From contig NC_134471.1 in assembly GCF_964194025.1 (NCBI RefSeq), forward strand, positions 20,150,001 to 20,214,000: 64,000 nt of DNA. The letters run 5' to 3'. The position numbers and the translations under genes are program-made. This document shows positions 23,511-35,551 of the stretch, piece by piece. The notes under the pieces were generated by a model, which worked only from the letters and a program-made list of their open reading frames with translations, searched no databases and had not been told where the DNA came from. The stretch's first letter is position 1. Each line of letters begins with the position of its first letter. The stretch is from Convolutriloba macropyga. Lineage: Eukaryota.

Positions 23511-25429
23511 AAGATAACTGAGACAAAGTTTAAGTTCCAGAGCCCCCAGCTATGACAAATTGACAACCTCTCCAATGAATTCACTATGCGAACAGATTGC
23601 GCTACAGTTACAAAAAAACTAATGAGCTAATATGCATGATATTTATATTCTTACAAAAAGGCTGTGGTGAGCAAAATTTTTCGGGCTAACTTTCATTAAA
23701 GAGGCCCAGTAATCTTGAAAATTTTGCATTCAGAAGCTTAACAATCAATGCATGTTGATTGGATAGATGCTAAAAAAGAATGAATGTGTCTCACCTAATG
23801 AGGCGCAGTGTCATGTATAAATTCCCTGATATTAGTACATGATTAAATAATAATAGAATCATAGTTTATCTGCTATATTTATGTCTTGCCAATGAAAGCA
23901 GTTCTCTTTAAATCTCTCGATTATTATTAATTGGATTGACTTCCAAATGGGTTAGATTCAAGTTTTGCTAATGAAGGCAAATCTCTTAGTAAATCTGATG
24001 GGTTACTTAGAATGATTGAAAATTTATAGAACTTTACAATTTGAGGAGAGACGGTTGCTAAATATTCGATGTTAGAAAGCAGATGAAAAGAAAGTAAAAG
24101 TTGAATCGCAAATTGTTTTGCAAGAGAAAGGAAAAGACCACACAAAGAACACCAAGCTTTCGAAGACCTGAAACAAAGACGAAGGATATTTCTGAAAGCG
24201 TGTATTCAATCAGACATTGATAACTTTTGCCGCTGGTGTTGATTAACTGTGTTGAATTCCATCTCGGCAAAGTTGCGACAATAACACAGTTAGGTTGTCT
24301 GACAAAGAAAATGCACGAAATCTAGGAACCGGAAATTGGCGCATAACTTCTGCTTCTGCGCAGTTTTCTATGTTTCTGAGGGAAGTGAAGAACAATGATC
24401 CTCTCAGATGAAAGAAACGTCCAGGATATAAAGCTTGTGTGCTTGAACTTGATGCAGAACGAAAGTTGAAACAAGATTTATGGAAAACAGAGCAGATATC
24501 TTTTCCTGCAGAAAGAACAGTGAAACAACTGGAAGTAAATTTGACAGAACCTCTGCAATATCTCTTTTCGAAAATACAATCACATAGCGAAATGCTTCAT
24601 TTTGCAACGGTAACGCAAGCGCTGCAACAAATGATTGAGAGAATTCAGTTAGAGATGACGACCTTGCCCGACTACCACGTGAAATCGTTTGATCAACTTC
24701 ACGAACTAACAAAGCCAATATTAATTAACATGAGAACCATACGTCCAAGAAAAAGATTTAACGCTACAACAAATTGGCAGTTAACTATTATTTTCGGAGT
24801 CATTTTAATCATGATATCGAACCTTCTCCAATTTGCACCTTCTCCAATTTGCATTAAAGAGGCCAAGTAACCTTGAAAATTTTGCATTCAGAAGCTTAAC
24901 AATCAATGCATGTTGATTGGATAGATGCTAAAGTAGAATGAATGTGTCTCACCTAATGAGGCGCAGTGTCATGTATAAATTCCCTGATATTAGTACATGA
25001 TTAAATAATAATAGAATCATAGTTTATCTGCTATATTTATGTCTTGCCAATGAAAGCAGTTCTCTTTAAATCTCTCGATTATTATTAATTGGATTGACTT
25101 CCAAATGGGTTAGATTCAAGTTTTGCTAATGAAGGCAAATCTCTTAGTAAATCTGATGGGTTACTTAGAATGATTGAAAATTTATAGAACTTTACAATTT
25201 GAGGAGAGACGGTTGCTAAATATTCGATGTTAGAAAGCAGATGAAAAGAAAGAAAAAGTTGAATCGCAAATTGTTTTGCAAGAGAAAGGAAAAGACCACA
25301 CAAAGAACACCAAGCTTTCGAAGACCTGAAACAAAGACGAAGGATATTTCTGAAAGCGTGTATTCAATCAGACATTGATAACTTGTGCCGCTGGTGTTGA
25401 TTAACTGTGTTGAATTCCATCTCGGCAAA
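22771..25429 (+). repeat. Tandem duplication of the env 3' half plus flank (22771-24267 and 24268-25429; second copy lacks about 350 bp)
   Basis: caaagttgcgacaataacac at 22771 and 24268; ORF pairs 22962/24439 and 23927/25085; CAAA microhomology at the junction. Confidence 0.93.
23663..23925 (+). mobile_element. Candidate 3' LTR of the Gypsy/env element
   Basis: Starts TGTGGTGAG directly after a short purine run (acaaaaagg), downstream of env, and contains TATAAAT (~23816) and ATTAAA. No 5' LTR in the window to confirm it, and no clear CA end. Confidence 0.3.
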
Positions 25430-25584
25430 AGTAAAATTGTAAGATTTGTCCCGAAAGCTCTATGGGTTCGTTTCTGCAAGACTATGTTAGATGAAGCAAC
25501 TAATATTTGCGATCTAGGCGTTGAGATTTGCTCCAATGTCTTGTGGTAATGTCACGTAGACTCCTCAACTTCCTCAAAAAGATG

Positions 25585-25704
25585 GGGTCTTTCCCATCAT
25601 TGCCCCCCCCCCCAGGCTAGTGGTCAGATAACCTATAGCCCCCCCCCCCCCCCCCCCAATCATGGTAATTATACCATAATGGGTGGCTATAATGAAAATG
25701 ACCC
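25585..25704. mobile_element. MITE (120 bp) of the GGGTCTTTCCCAT TIR family
   Basis: gggtctttcccatcattgcccc...ggctataatgaaaatgaccc, with the shared internal motif tagtggtcagataacctatagcccc. TSD decayed (aaaagatg / gagaaatg). Confidence 0.8.
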
Positions 25705-26314
25705 GAGAAATGTACCCGTTGGCGTTTCACTCCGACGGACAAAATACCAGTTTCGCTGGTGTTATCTGTACTCCAATGTGCGTCCTCGGTTTGGTATCCG
25801 TCGGCTTCTGTTATCCAAAAACTTAAGGTTTCAATTCACAGATTCTTGCTTTGTTGCCAATAGCTTATCAGATAATTCGAAACAATCTTTTGCAGCACTT
25901 CAAAATCGTAAATGGCATGATGGATGTAGACTTCATTCTAATGTCTACGTCCCCGAAGACAAACTGCCAAAGCGAAAAGAAAACGAAACAAGACAAAAGC
26001 AGGAATTTGAACTCCCCAAACACCGACTACATAAATCAGACGAAAATTTTTTCTTCAGAGCCACAAAGCTATTCAACATCATCAGTAGGACAACGGAGAA
26101 GCCAATGACGAAGAAACTTCTGACAGAGATGTACCAAAACTATTTCCACAGAAGCTACAACGAACTCGACAGCTGCACCTGGAGACTTCTATGCAACTGT
26201 GGAATCTGCAATCCAATGAAAAAACTCGTGCCAAACGAAAACTGAAGGGTTCCACACCCGAGGGCTCCGACCCTAAAGACTCTCCTACTACTACTACTAC
26301 TACTACTACTACTA
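25705..26314 (+). mobile_element. Non-LTR retrotransposon (LINE) 3' fragment with (ACT)n tail
   Basis: Post-RT motifs across frames (VLQCASSVWYPS; LLPIAYQIIRNNLLQHFKIVNG; FFFRATKLFN), C-terminal CTWRLLCNCGICN, stop at 26245, short 3' UTR, then (ACT)~9. Confidence 0.8.
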
Positions 26315-26590
26315 ATGTTTAGAGCGTGCAACTCAATTAGAACTTTTGTGATAAGCGAAGCACAAAAATTAAACCAGATGAGCCATTCCTTTTTGTTTGC
26401 TAAAGAGTACAGTTAGCGGCAACTCATCTTGTTTGTAATAAAATACTCAATTTAGCATATCAGTGACCTAATTCAAAGATGCCATTGACAATTATCTTTT
26501 AGAGAAGGTTTCGTTGACAATGTAATGAATAGTTACAATTGTTTGGGTTATTTTTCATAATCGATTCTTGAATATTAATGCATTATTACT

Positions 26591-26878
26591 AAATTGTAAT
26601 ATTTTCGAATAACTTCTGGACACGAAACAGAACACTGCACAACATTCTGAGTAAACATATCGATTTAACAACGAAAGAAAACAGAAAAGCACGAATAACA
26701 CAGCAATTTTGGAAATTCTTCGAAAAGTTCAACGAAGCCAATCTATGTACCTGGAGGATACTCTGCCAATGCACGAACTGTAACCAACATTCCAAACTTA
26801 CTCACGAATGACATAAAGGGTGAAAACCCATGGTATATCCCTAAAGACTTCGCTTCTACTACTACTACTACTACTACT
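26591..26878 (+). mobile_element. Second, related LINE 3' fragment with (ACT)n tail
   Basis: Encodes NNFWTRNRTLHNILS...FNEANLCTWRILCQCTNCNQHSKLTHE* (stop 26809-26811), followed by CCCTAAAGACT and (ACT)~7, as in the first element. Confidence 0.8.
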
Positions 26879-27420
26879 TCATCTTGTGCGCGGTCACCTA
26901 CCTCACTTTAGTATTTAGTAAAAAAAATAGCTACAAAAATTTTTGTTCTCTAATATTTATGATTTGATCAAACTATTATTTGTGTGTTGTTTTTCGTCCT
27001 GCCTATCTTGGTTTCTGTTTCGTAGTATAAGTAGTCTTTTACTTATTTTGTTTGGACCTTGATAGTTGTGTCCTGTATCAAATAAATTAAATTTGAACCT
27101 CTGCATGAGACCAACTTTACGAACGGATCAGAAATCCAGAGATAGTAATAGATGGAGTTTATTATTGGTTTTTGTCTTTCTTTGAGAGTACAGTTTTCTG
27201 ATTCTTCTCATTTTAATGTACAATATTTGCGAAATGCGTGACTGTTTATTCAGACCAGACTATAAAGCAACTCTATAAAGGGTGATTTCTGTTCTGTTCA
27301 GATTTAAGGGAAATACAAATGATTGAATTGTCCTTTTTTTCCAGTTCTTGGAATATTTTTTTTTAAAAACCAAGTTATAACAACCTTAAGCTTTCAAATA
27401 TAAAAAAGTAGAAAAATTTT

Positions 27421-28806
27421 TAATAAGTAGATTAATGACATTACTACGAATTTCAGAAGACTCGACATCTCACTAACAATATTGCGCAAACACAGTTTTG
27501 AAGCCAAAAAAACATGAGCTTTTCACTGAAATTATAATACATGTCCACTTGCCTTCGTTTGAACGTAAATTGATTTGTCCATTACTGAGTTTTGATTTGA
27601 ATCTTTTCTAGTCTGTATTTAACAGCAAAGTACAGTCTGTATTTAAATTCAAAAAAACCATTGGGTGCTAACTTAAAGCACTAGATAGTTTCCTTATTAG
27701 TTCCTAAGATAGCGAAGAAGGCCTATGATTAAATTAGTTTCAGCCCTAAGACTAAAAACGAACAGCAAATACCAAACTCATTAAAAAATCCCATTTATAA
27801 ATTTACAAAATCGCTTTTTTGGAGCCGTTAAAACTGTGAACTTTGCTCTGAAAGCGCAATATTTATTGGGCCTTCTTTGAATGGGCGTAAATGAAATCAG
27901 ACCTGTCAATTATTTAGACGAAAAATGCTCGGAAAATATTTAAAAAGATGTCAGACCAAAAGTACAATCCCAAAAAACCTGGCAAAAAATCAACGATGGG
28001 ACTAACTAGCCTTTCCTTAGCTGCGCGGCTGTTAAAAATTGTCATTTTTCCAAATCATTGCGTAATAAACTTTTTGTCAAACGAAGATATTAATATTGTA
28101 AAAATTAATGATGCGGCTTTGGTAATAAAATCGATTGAATTTAGCAAAAGGTCGCTTAATTGTTAGTTCCAGACCAATTTGTTGAGAACCAGAAGTAAAA
28201 ATAGCCCTCCATCTGAGTAACCGAAGATCGTGTCAGCAGTTATTGTGCCTGAACTGTCTATTTGGACAAAGTTTGCTAAAGAAGAATAATGAAGCTAAGC
28301 AAGAAACGAAACGAAAATGCCTTCAGAAAGAAGCTTAAAACATTTTTATTCCAAGAAATGTACTGTACTGTGCTTCTGAGTATGTAAATAGTGCATAAAC
28401 CAATAATAATAATATTCGGCGCAATTTTTCAGGAAAGAAAATGCTCTGAGTTTTCGAGCTGTTTCAAGCAGTTTCGCACCTTTCTATTATCTTAATGTTA
28501 ATCCAAGTAGACTTTTGTTAATAATTTTATCATAATTTTAGCAAAATTGTAGCCAAAGTTGCGAAAATTTGAACAAAACAACGAGAATGAGCATACCTTT
28601 CAAAAATCTTTAAGCCTCAGTAATTCCTATGAAAACACGAAATTCAGAAAGAAAAATCTTTTTGACTTGATATTATACGCTTGACAAGCTTTCGAATGAT
28701 ACCACTCAGAATTCTGTGCGAAGAGTAATCGATCGGCGAAAATTGACTGAACAAAATAAACCTCAGTTGAGCATATAGATCCTCCCCCTCTAAAGTTGGT
28801 CGGAAC
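27421..28806 (-). mobile_element. Older inverted Helentron-associated (HINE-like) element
   Basis: The reverse complement of 28760-28806 (tgttccgacc..gagggggaggatctatatgctcaa) and of further blocks (~28620-28760, ~28200, ~27740) matches the elements at 29083 and 31841. The far end is approximate. Confidence 0.65.
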
Positions 28807-29082
28807 ATTTTCTTTGTTTGAGTATTTCGAAGTTCTTGGAAACCATTGACCTATGCTAAAAAAACGTGCTTTTTCGCGACCATTATAATGCCAGAAAAAA
28901 ATTTTACCAGGGAGAGAGAAACAAAGAGCGTAATTACCACGGAAGAGCTATCACTTAAATGTTCCAAAGACGCAGGGAGCTTTAAAATGTTAACACATGT
29001 TAGTCTGGAATATCCTCAAAATTGTCTGAACAAAAAAGTGGGTCTAGTAGTTAATTCATTTTCGTTTTTACTCTCGTTCAAG

Positions 29083-31689
29083 TTTTTGTTCCGACCCCTC
29101 TTGAGGGGGGAGGAACTATATGCTCAAATGGATTTTTTGCAGACAATTTTTGCCGATCAATATATTCATCGTAGAGAGTTGAGACTGGTGTAATTAGAAA
29201 GCTCGTCCAGCATAGAAAATGGAACTAAAAAGATTTTTTTTATTTCCGTTTTTTACAGGGAGTTATCGAGGTTTAAACTTCGTGAGAAAAGTAGAGAGAA
29301 TTCCTTTGTTTTTATTCACATTTTGCGGAGTTTTTGCCTGAAATTTCGTCAATTTTCTAATTTTTTAAAATTTTGAAGAATTGTGTTTGATTTTATTTTT
29401 AAAGACAAAAAAATTTTATCAACATTTTTTAATTTAAATTTGTCAAAAATTCTGGCTAAATGTTTCAAAATTCAGCCTTTTTCATCAAAAACAGCACCAA
29501 ATAAGCTTCTTTAGTCCACTTTAATTAATTTAGCCGGAAGTACACACCCAGCAAACACTAGCACAATCTTTTTAAACTGAAGAGGGGGCTTCCGTTGAGA
29601 GTGCTCTGTAATTAAAACTTTGCCGTTTTTTGCTAACTTTACTCTTTTATTATCAAAAACGCAGCGTTTATTTTTGATTTTTCAACTAACAGATTATCTA
29701 TATCTATAACATTCAAAAAATTGTGTTCCTAATGGACGAACAGCCCTAACAGGGCTAGTTTTGCACCAATCTTGGACTGTTCCAATCCAAAAAGAAATCG
29801 GATTGTAATCAGTCGATCTTTTTTATATTAATTAAAGAACAGAACAATTCAAATCAAAGCTCAGTAGTGATAGGTCCAATTGGCTTCCTAAGCATTTCGA
29901 TATTAATGCATTTAGTTTTTTACACGAAAGCTTATCGTCGTTTTGACTTTTAAATATATTTGATTTGTAAATAAATAATGGCTCGTTGAACTTTGTCTTC
30001 ATTTTTTTCTTTGGTCAACCTGTAGCTTAGTATCAGCAAAGAAAGAATGCTTCTTCTTTCTACTGAATTAAAATTCAGTCTTTATTGAGGCTTTACGCCT
30101 TAAGTTATGGTTTTCTGTTTTTGCTTCTAGTAGATGTCACATTTTTTTTTTTATTTTCAGATATTTGCCCATTTTTCATGTTTTCTAGTTTCGTCACATT
30201 ATCCCATTATTGAAAGTTCATATTTCACATTATTGGCGTTCAAAAAAGACACAATTGAGCATATTAGAAGACTGAAAGTTATAGATTATGGTTATAACGG
30301 CTTTGAGATTACTTTCTTGAAGAATTTAATTGAATTTTTAATTTTTTTTATTCAACTGTCGTTTTTACTCTGTCGTTTTAGTCGTTTGAAATTTCTTGTA
30401 TAATGTCTGGTTTTATTGGCTTTTCATGGAAGAATAGATGAGCCGATTTTCTGATATTAGTAGATAGCTGATGGCGTTCATGACTTTAAAAATAATTGTT
30501 TTTCAAAATAAAAAACTCTTTTCAACATCGCAATTTTGTTCTTTTTATTGTCTATTTATTACCTAGTCTCGTTAATTAGAGGTCAAATATGACATTATCG
30601 TTGCCAAGGGAAGGTGTCAAAAGGGATTGGTGTGAAAAAAATCTAAGGTTTTTTATAGACATCGTTTTGTCTTTACTGGCTTCGACACGGGTTTTTCATA
30701 AAAAAAGTAAATTAATTTTTGTCTTTTGTCATATTCGACGTTCTTTTTCTACACGTAAGACATATTCTGGATAATTGCAGGTCTAGAGGGATTCCTTTGG
30801 ACAAATAAACAGAACTATTTAATTATTTAATTTTGTAATTATTGGCTTTTGATGACTTTTGAAGTAATTTTGTTTCGAAAAAAAAGTGTTACTTATTTTT
30901 GCCTTTTTTTCTTTTGTCTACTTTTTACCTAGTCTGATAAATTAGAGGTCACATATTACATTATTTGTATTCGAAGAAGGAGCAATCAAACATATTTTGA
31001 GGTCCAAAATATGACTTTACGGCTTCGACTGCGTTTTCTGGCAAGTTTTAATTGAATTTTTGTTCTTTGTTTTTTTAACCGCATAAAAATTTGTAAAATG
31101 ACAGTGTGTTAATGTCCTTCTATAGAAGCATTGGTAATCGTAAACCCATGAGCTATTTTATTTGATTTCTAATAGTTTTCATTACTTTGAAAATAATTGT
31201 TTTTAAAAAAATGAGCTAATTTTTTAATTTTATTGTTTTTGTTTTTTGTCTAATTGTTACCAAGGCTAATTATGGACCGGTCTCATAGCTTTTCTGGTGA
31301 ATTACAAGTTATTTTGTTTAGTTTCAGTTTTATCTTACGCTATTTTAATTTTGTTATTAACTTTTGTTTTCTAAAACGGACAAAGTTTCTGAAATAATTA
31401 ATGTTTGTTGTTGTTTGATTTTGCTGTTCGTCTTAACTCGATTTCCTAATATTGGCATATCTCATCAATTTTTTACATCGATATCTCATCAATAGAGCAT
31501 CATTTTTTACTCAACTGAGTTATTTGCTTTGGAGGCTATGTTTTCGTTCATACGCTATTTTTTTGAAAATTACTTCGAGTTTTTTGGCCTTTTCTATCTG
31601 TTCATCATTTGGTAGACAATTATGCCAAAATTGTGGATGAGTGGGGTGGGAACCTTATGTCCGGCTGCATATTAGCGAGCCTCTTTGTT
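29083..31689 (+). mobile_element. Helentron-associated non-autonomous element (HINE/DINE-1-like), copy 1
   Basis: 5' TTTTT-GTTCCGACCCCTC-TT-GAGGGGGAGGAAC (subTIR plus hairpin). 3' GGGGTGGGAAC subTIR, decayed stem-loop, ending CTTTGTT. Colinear with 31841-34475. Confidence 0.8.
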
Positions 31690-31722
31690 ATCCTTTATGT
31701 TTATTGAGTTATATTCAAACAT

Positions 31723-31780
31723 ACCTACGTTCTTTCCCCATCACTAAAAGATTTCAATGATGGGGAAAGAGAATATAGGT
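31723..31780. repeat. Short inverted repeat / mini-MITE
   Basis: acctacgttctttccccatca...tgatggggaaagagaatataggt, with a perfect 13-bp core stem. Confidence 0.55.
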
Positions 31781-31840
31781 CTATTGCGCTAGAGCTATCT
31801 GTTTGAAGTTCTCTTACTTTAAACATTAAATTGTTTCCCA

Positions 31841-34475
31841 TTTTTGTTCCGACCCCTCTTGAGGGGGAAGAACTATATACTCAAATGTGTTTTGTTTTTT
31901 TGTTCAATCAATTTTGCCGATCGATATATTCATCGTAGAGAGTTGAGACTGGTATCATTAGAAAGCTCGTCCAGCGTAGAATATGGAATTAAAAAGATTT
32001 TTTAAATTTTTGTTTTGTACAGGGAGTTATCGAGGTTTAAACTTCTTAAAAAAGTAGAGTGAATTAGTGAGTTGTTTTATTCACATTTTCCGAAATTTTT
32101 GCCTAATTTTTCGTTAATTTTGCTAAAATTTGTTGAAATTTTTAAGAATAGTGTCGTTGATTTTATTTTTAAGGACAAACAAGCCTTGTTGATTATTCTG
32201 ATTTAATTTTTTTCGGTCAAAAACTCTGGATAAATATTTCAAAATTCAGCCTTTTTCATCAAAAACAGCACGAAATAAGCTACTTTAGTCCACTTTGATA
32301 AAATTTGCCGGCACTACACCCCCAAACAACACTAATTCAATCTTTGTAGACTCAGAGGGGGGCTATTCCTACTTCAACTTCCGCTGAGAGTGCTCTGTAA
32401 TTAAAACTTTGCCGTTTTTGCTAGCTTTACTCGTTTATTATCAAAAATGCAGAATTTTTTTGGGGGTTTTCAACTAACAAATTATCTATATCTACAATAT
32501 TCGAAAAATCAATAGTTCGGAGCGGACAATAAGCATTAGCAGGGCTAGTTTTGGGCCAATCTTGGACTGTTACAATCCAAAAAGAATTCGGATTGCAATC
32601 AGTCGGTCTTTTTTTTTGAAAAAAGATCTTTTTTTAATAATAAAGAACAGAACATATCAAATGAGAGCTCAGGAGTGATAGGTCCAATTGGCTTCCTAAG
32701 CAGCTCCAAGCTAATGCATAAGGTTTTTTACTTGAAAGTTTATGATCGTTTCGACTTTTAAAAACAGTTGATTTTTAAATAAATAATGGCTTAATGAACT
32801 TTTCCTCCATTTTTTTTAATTTGGTCAACTTGCAGCTTAGTGTCAGCAAAGAAAGAATGCTTTTTCATTCTACTGATTTAAAATTTAGTCTCGATTGCGC
32901 TTTTAGGCCTGAAGTTATTGTTTCCTGGCTTTGATACTACTAGATTTCAGATTTCTTTGTTTTTAGAAATTTGCAAGTTTTTCACGTTTTCTAGTCACAT
33001 TATCACATTACTGACAGTTCTCATATCACATTATTAGAGTTCAAAATGAAACACAGTTAAACAGATTAAAATCCTTAAAGATATAGATTATCGTTTTAAC
33101 GGCCTCGACACTTCTTTCTTCAAGAAATTAATTGATTTTTTTTAAATTTTGTCTTTAACTGTTATTTTTACTTTGTCATTTCAGTTGTATGAAATTTCCT
33201 GTATAGTGATCGGTTTCACTGGCTTTTTATGGAAGAAAAGACGAGCTGATATTCTGATATTATTAGATAGCTGATGGCTTTCATGACTTTGAAAACAATT
33301 GTTTTCCAAAACTGAAAATAAAATTTTTTTTATTTTGGCAATTTTGTTCTTTTTATTTTTCTTTTGGTACCTAATCTCGTTAGTTACAGTTCAAATATGA
33401 TATTATGTGTGTCAAGGGAAGTTGTCAAAAGGTATTGATGTCCCAAAATCTATTCTTTTAAAGAATGCGTTATGACCTTACTGACTTCGACACCGGTTTT
33501 TCACAAAAAAAGTAAATTATTTTGATTTTTGTCATGTTTGACGTTCTTTTTGTAGACGCAAGAATTATTCTGGATAATTGCAGGTCTCAAAGATTTTCTT
33601 TGGATGAATAAACGACCCTATTTAAATATTTCGTAATTAATGTTTTTCATGACTTTGGATATAATTTTGTTTCGAAAAAAAATCAAAATTATTACATACT
33701 TTTGCCCTTTTCTCTTTTTTGTCTACTTGTTACCTAGTCTCACTAATAAATGGCCAATTACTACATTATCGGTGTTTGAAGATGGCGCAAACGAATATTT
33801 TTTGAGGGCCGAAATGGCTTGACGGTTTTGACAGCGTTTTCTGGCAAGTTTCAATTGAATTTTTGCTTGTTGTTTTTTTTGTTGTTCTTTTTAGCCGCTT
33901 AACGAAATGAATAAGGACAAGTCCTAATGTCCTTCTATAGAAACATTGGTAATCGTAAACCTTTGCGATATTTTACTTGATTTCTAATGGTTTTAATTAC
34001 TTTGAAGTTAATTGTTTTAAAAAAATAAGCGAATTTTTTAACTTTACTGTTTTTGTTCTTTTTTGTCTAATTGTTACCGAACATTTTTATGGACTGATCC
34101 ATATCTTTTCTGGTGATTTTTAAGTGATTTTGTTTAGTTTTAGGTTCATCTGACGGTATGTTGACTTTGTTATTAAATTTTGTTTTTTAAAACGGACAAA
34201 AAGTTTTTGATGTAATTAATGTTTGTTGTTGTTTGATTTTGCTGTTCGTCTTGACTCGCTTTCTCAATATTGGCATATCACAGCAATTTAAGGCTTCAAT
34301 TTTTACTCCACTGAGTTATTTGCTTTGGGGGCTATCTTATCGTTCATACACAATTCCCAAAAAATAATGTTTGGGTTTTCTATCTGTTCCTCATTTGGTA
34401 GACAATTATGCCGAAATTGTGGATGGGCGGGGTCGGAACCTTATGTGCCATCGCACATTGCTGAGCCGCCTTGTT
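31841..34475 (+). mobile_element. Helentron-associated non-autonomous element (HINE/DINE-1-like), copy 2
   Basis: 5' TTTTTGTTCCGACCCCTCTTGAGGGGGAAGAAC. 3' GGGGTCGGAAC (exact inverse of GTTCCGACCCC), stem-loop ATGTGC-CATC-GCACAT, ending CTTGTT. T-rich ends and no TSD. Confidence 0.85.
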
Positions 34476-35551
34476 ACTATCTGTATCAAAACTTTTTGGT
34501 ATGAAAATGGAAACTGGACTCCAGGAGCTGTCAGATGATAATGCTCATTTTTCTCTACGATACAAAAATAAAAAGATGCAAATTTGCCAGAATTCTAAAG
34601 AAAAAATAGCCGCCTTCGCATATTTATTTCCCCATTTTGAAAAAGTGTTGGAACAGTAAGAATTGAGTGAACATACATGACAATGGGCTGCGTCAAAGCT
34701 CATTGAGTCCAGATAAATTTGTCTTTTACCGACTCTTGCTGGTATGAAATTCAAAGAGAACAAGAATTGCTGGTTTATCTTGCCTCCCCCCCCCCCCCCC
34801 CCCCCCCCCCAATGAGGACATCTGGAGAAGTCAAGCCCTCAAAGCGTGTGTATAATGTTTGATCGATTTGTTTGAATCGAAAGAAAAATCTTTTCATTTA
34901 ATTATTGTTTTATCAGTTATAAAATTCTAGCTAATATGAATTGTGATATCTAATGCAGGAAGAGAAAATTTATGAAAATTATGTTAGCTTGTCTCAGTAT
35001 CAGTAGTAACTTTGAAAAATATTTATTGCTTTTTGCTTGTGCCGAAAATGTGATTTTCTGGCCAATGAAATGCTGCGAAAATTAATAGCCATTCAAAGAG
35101 CTCCAAAATATTAAATGCTGCTTGCAAAATAAAATATAAAGTCGAAGCCAATATTATTACAAGAAATCGAGCAAATTTTACAGGTTAGAGTAAAGAATTC
35201 ATATATTCAATTCAAATTCAAAGTTACTGTGCCTGCTTACTGAGTTACTACTACTACTGCTACACTGATTTATAGTCTTAAGATTGTTTATTCCAAAACC
35301 ATTTCGAACAAGCCGCCTATTTAGATACTCGTTAAGAGCTAGTTGAACCTCTGTTGAAAATCCACCACAACAAAACAACCTTTCCTATCTATTTCAGATA
35401 CTTATTGCATGGTGTGAGGTTTTCTTTCATTTCCTTATTTACTCGCTGAGTATCAGCTTAAAAAGCTTTCTAAACTGTATTTACAAGAAGCCATCTTTAC
35501 TTCCATTTGCCAATTTTGAGCCAGTTAGCTTTTTCTACTGGGAGTCTCGAA

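Noticed and set aside
25679-26245. 188-aa ORF as a host gene
   Set aside because: Chimeric: the ATG lies inside a MITE and the remainder is LINE C-terminal sequence ending before an (ACT)n tail.
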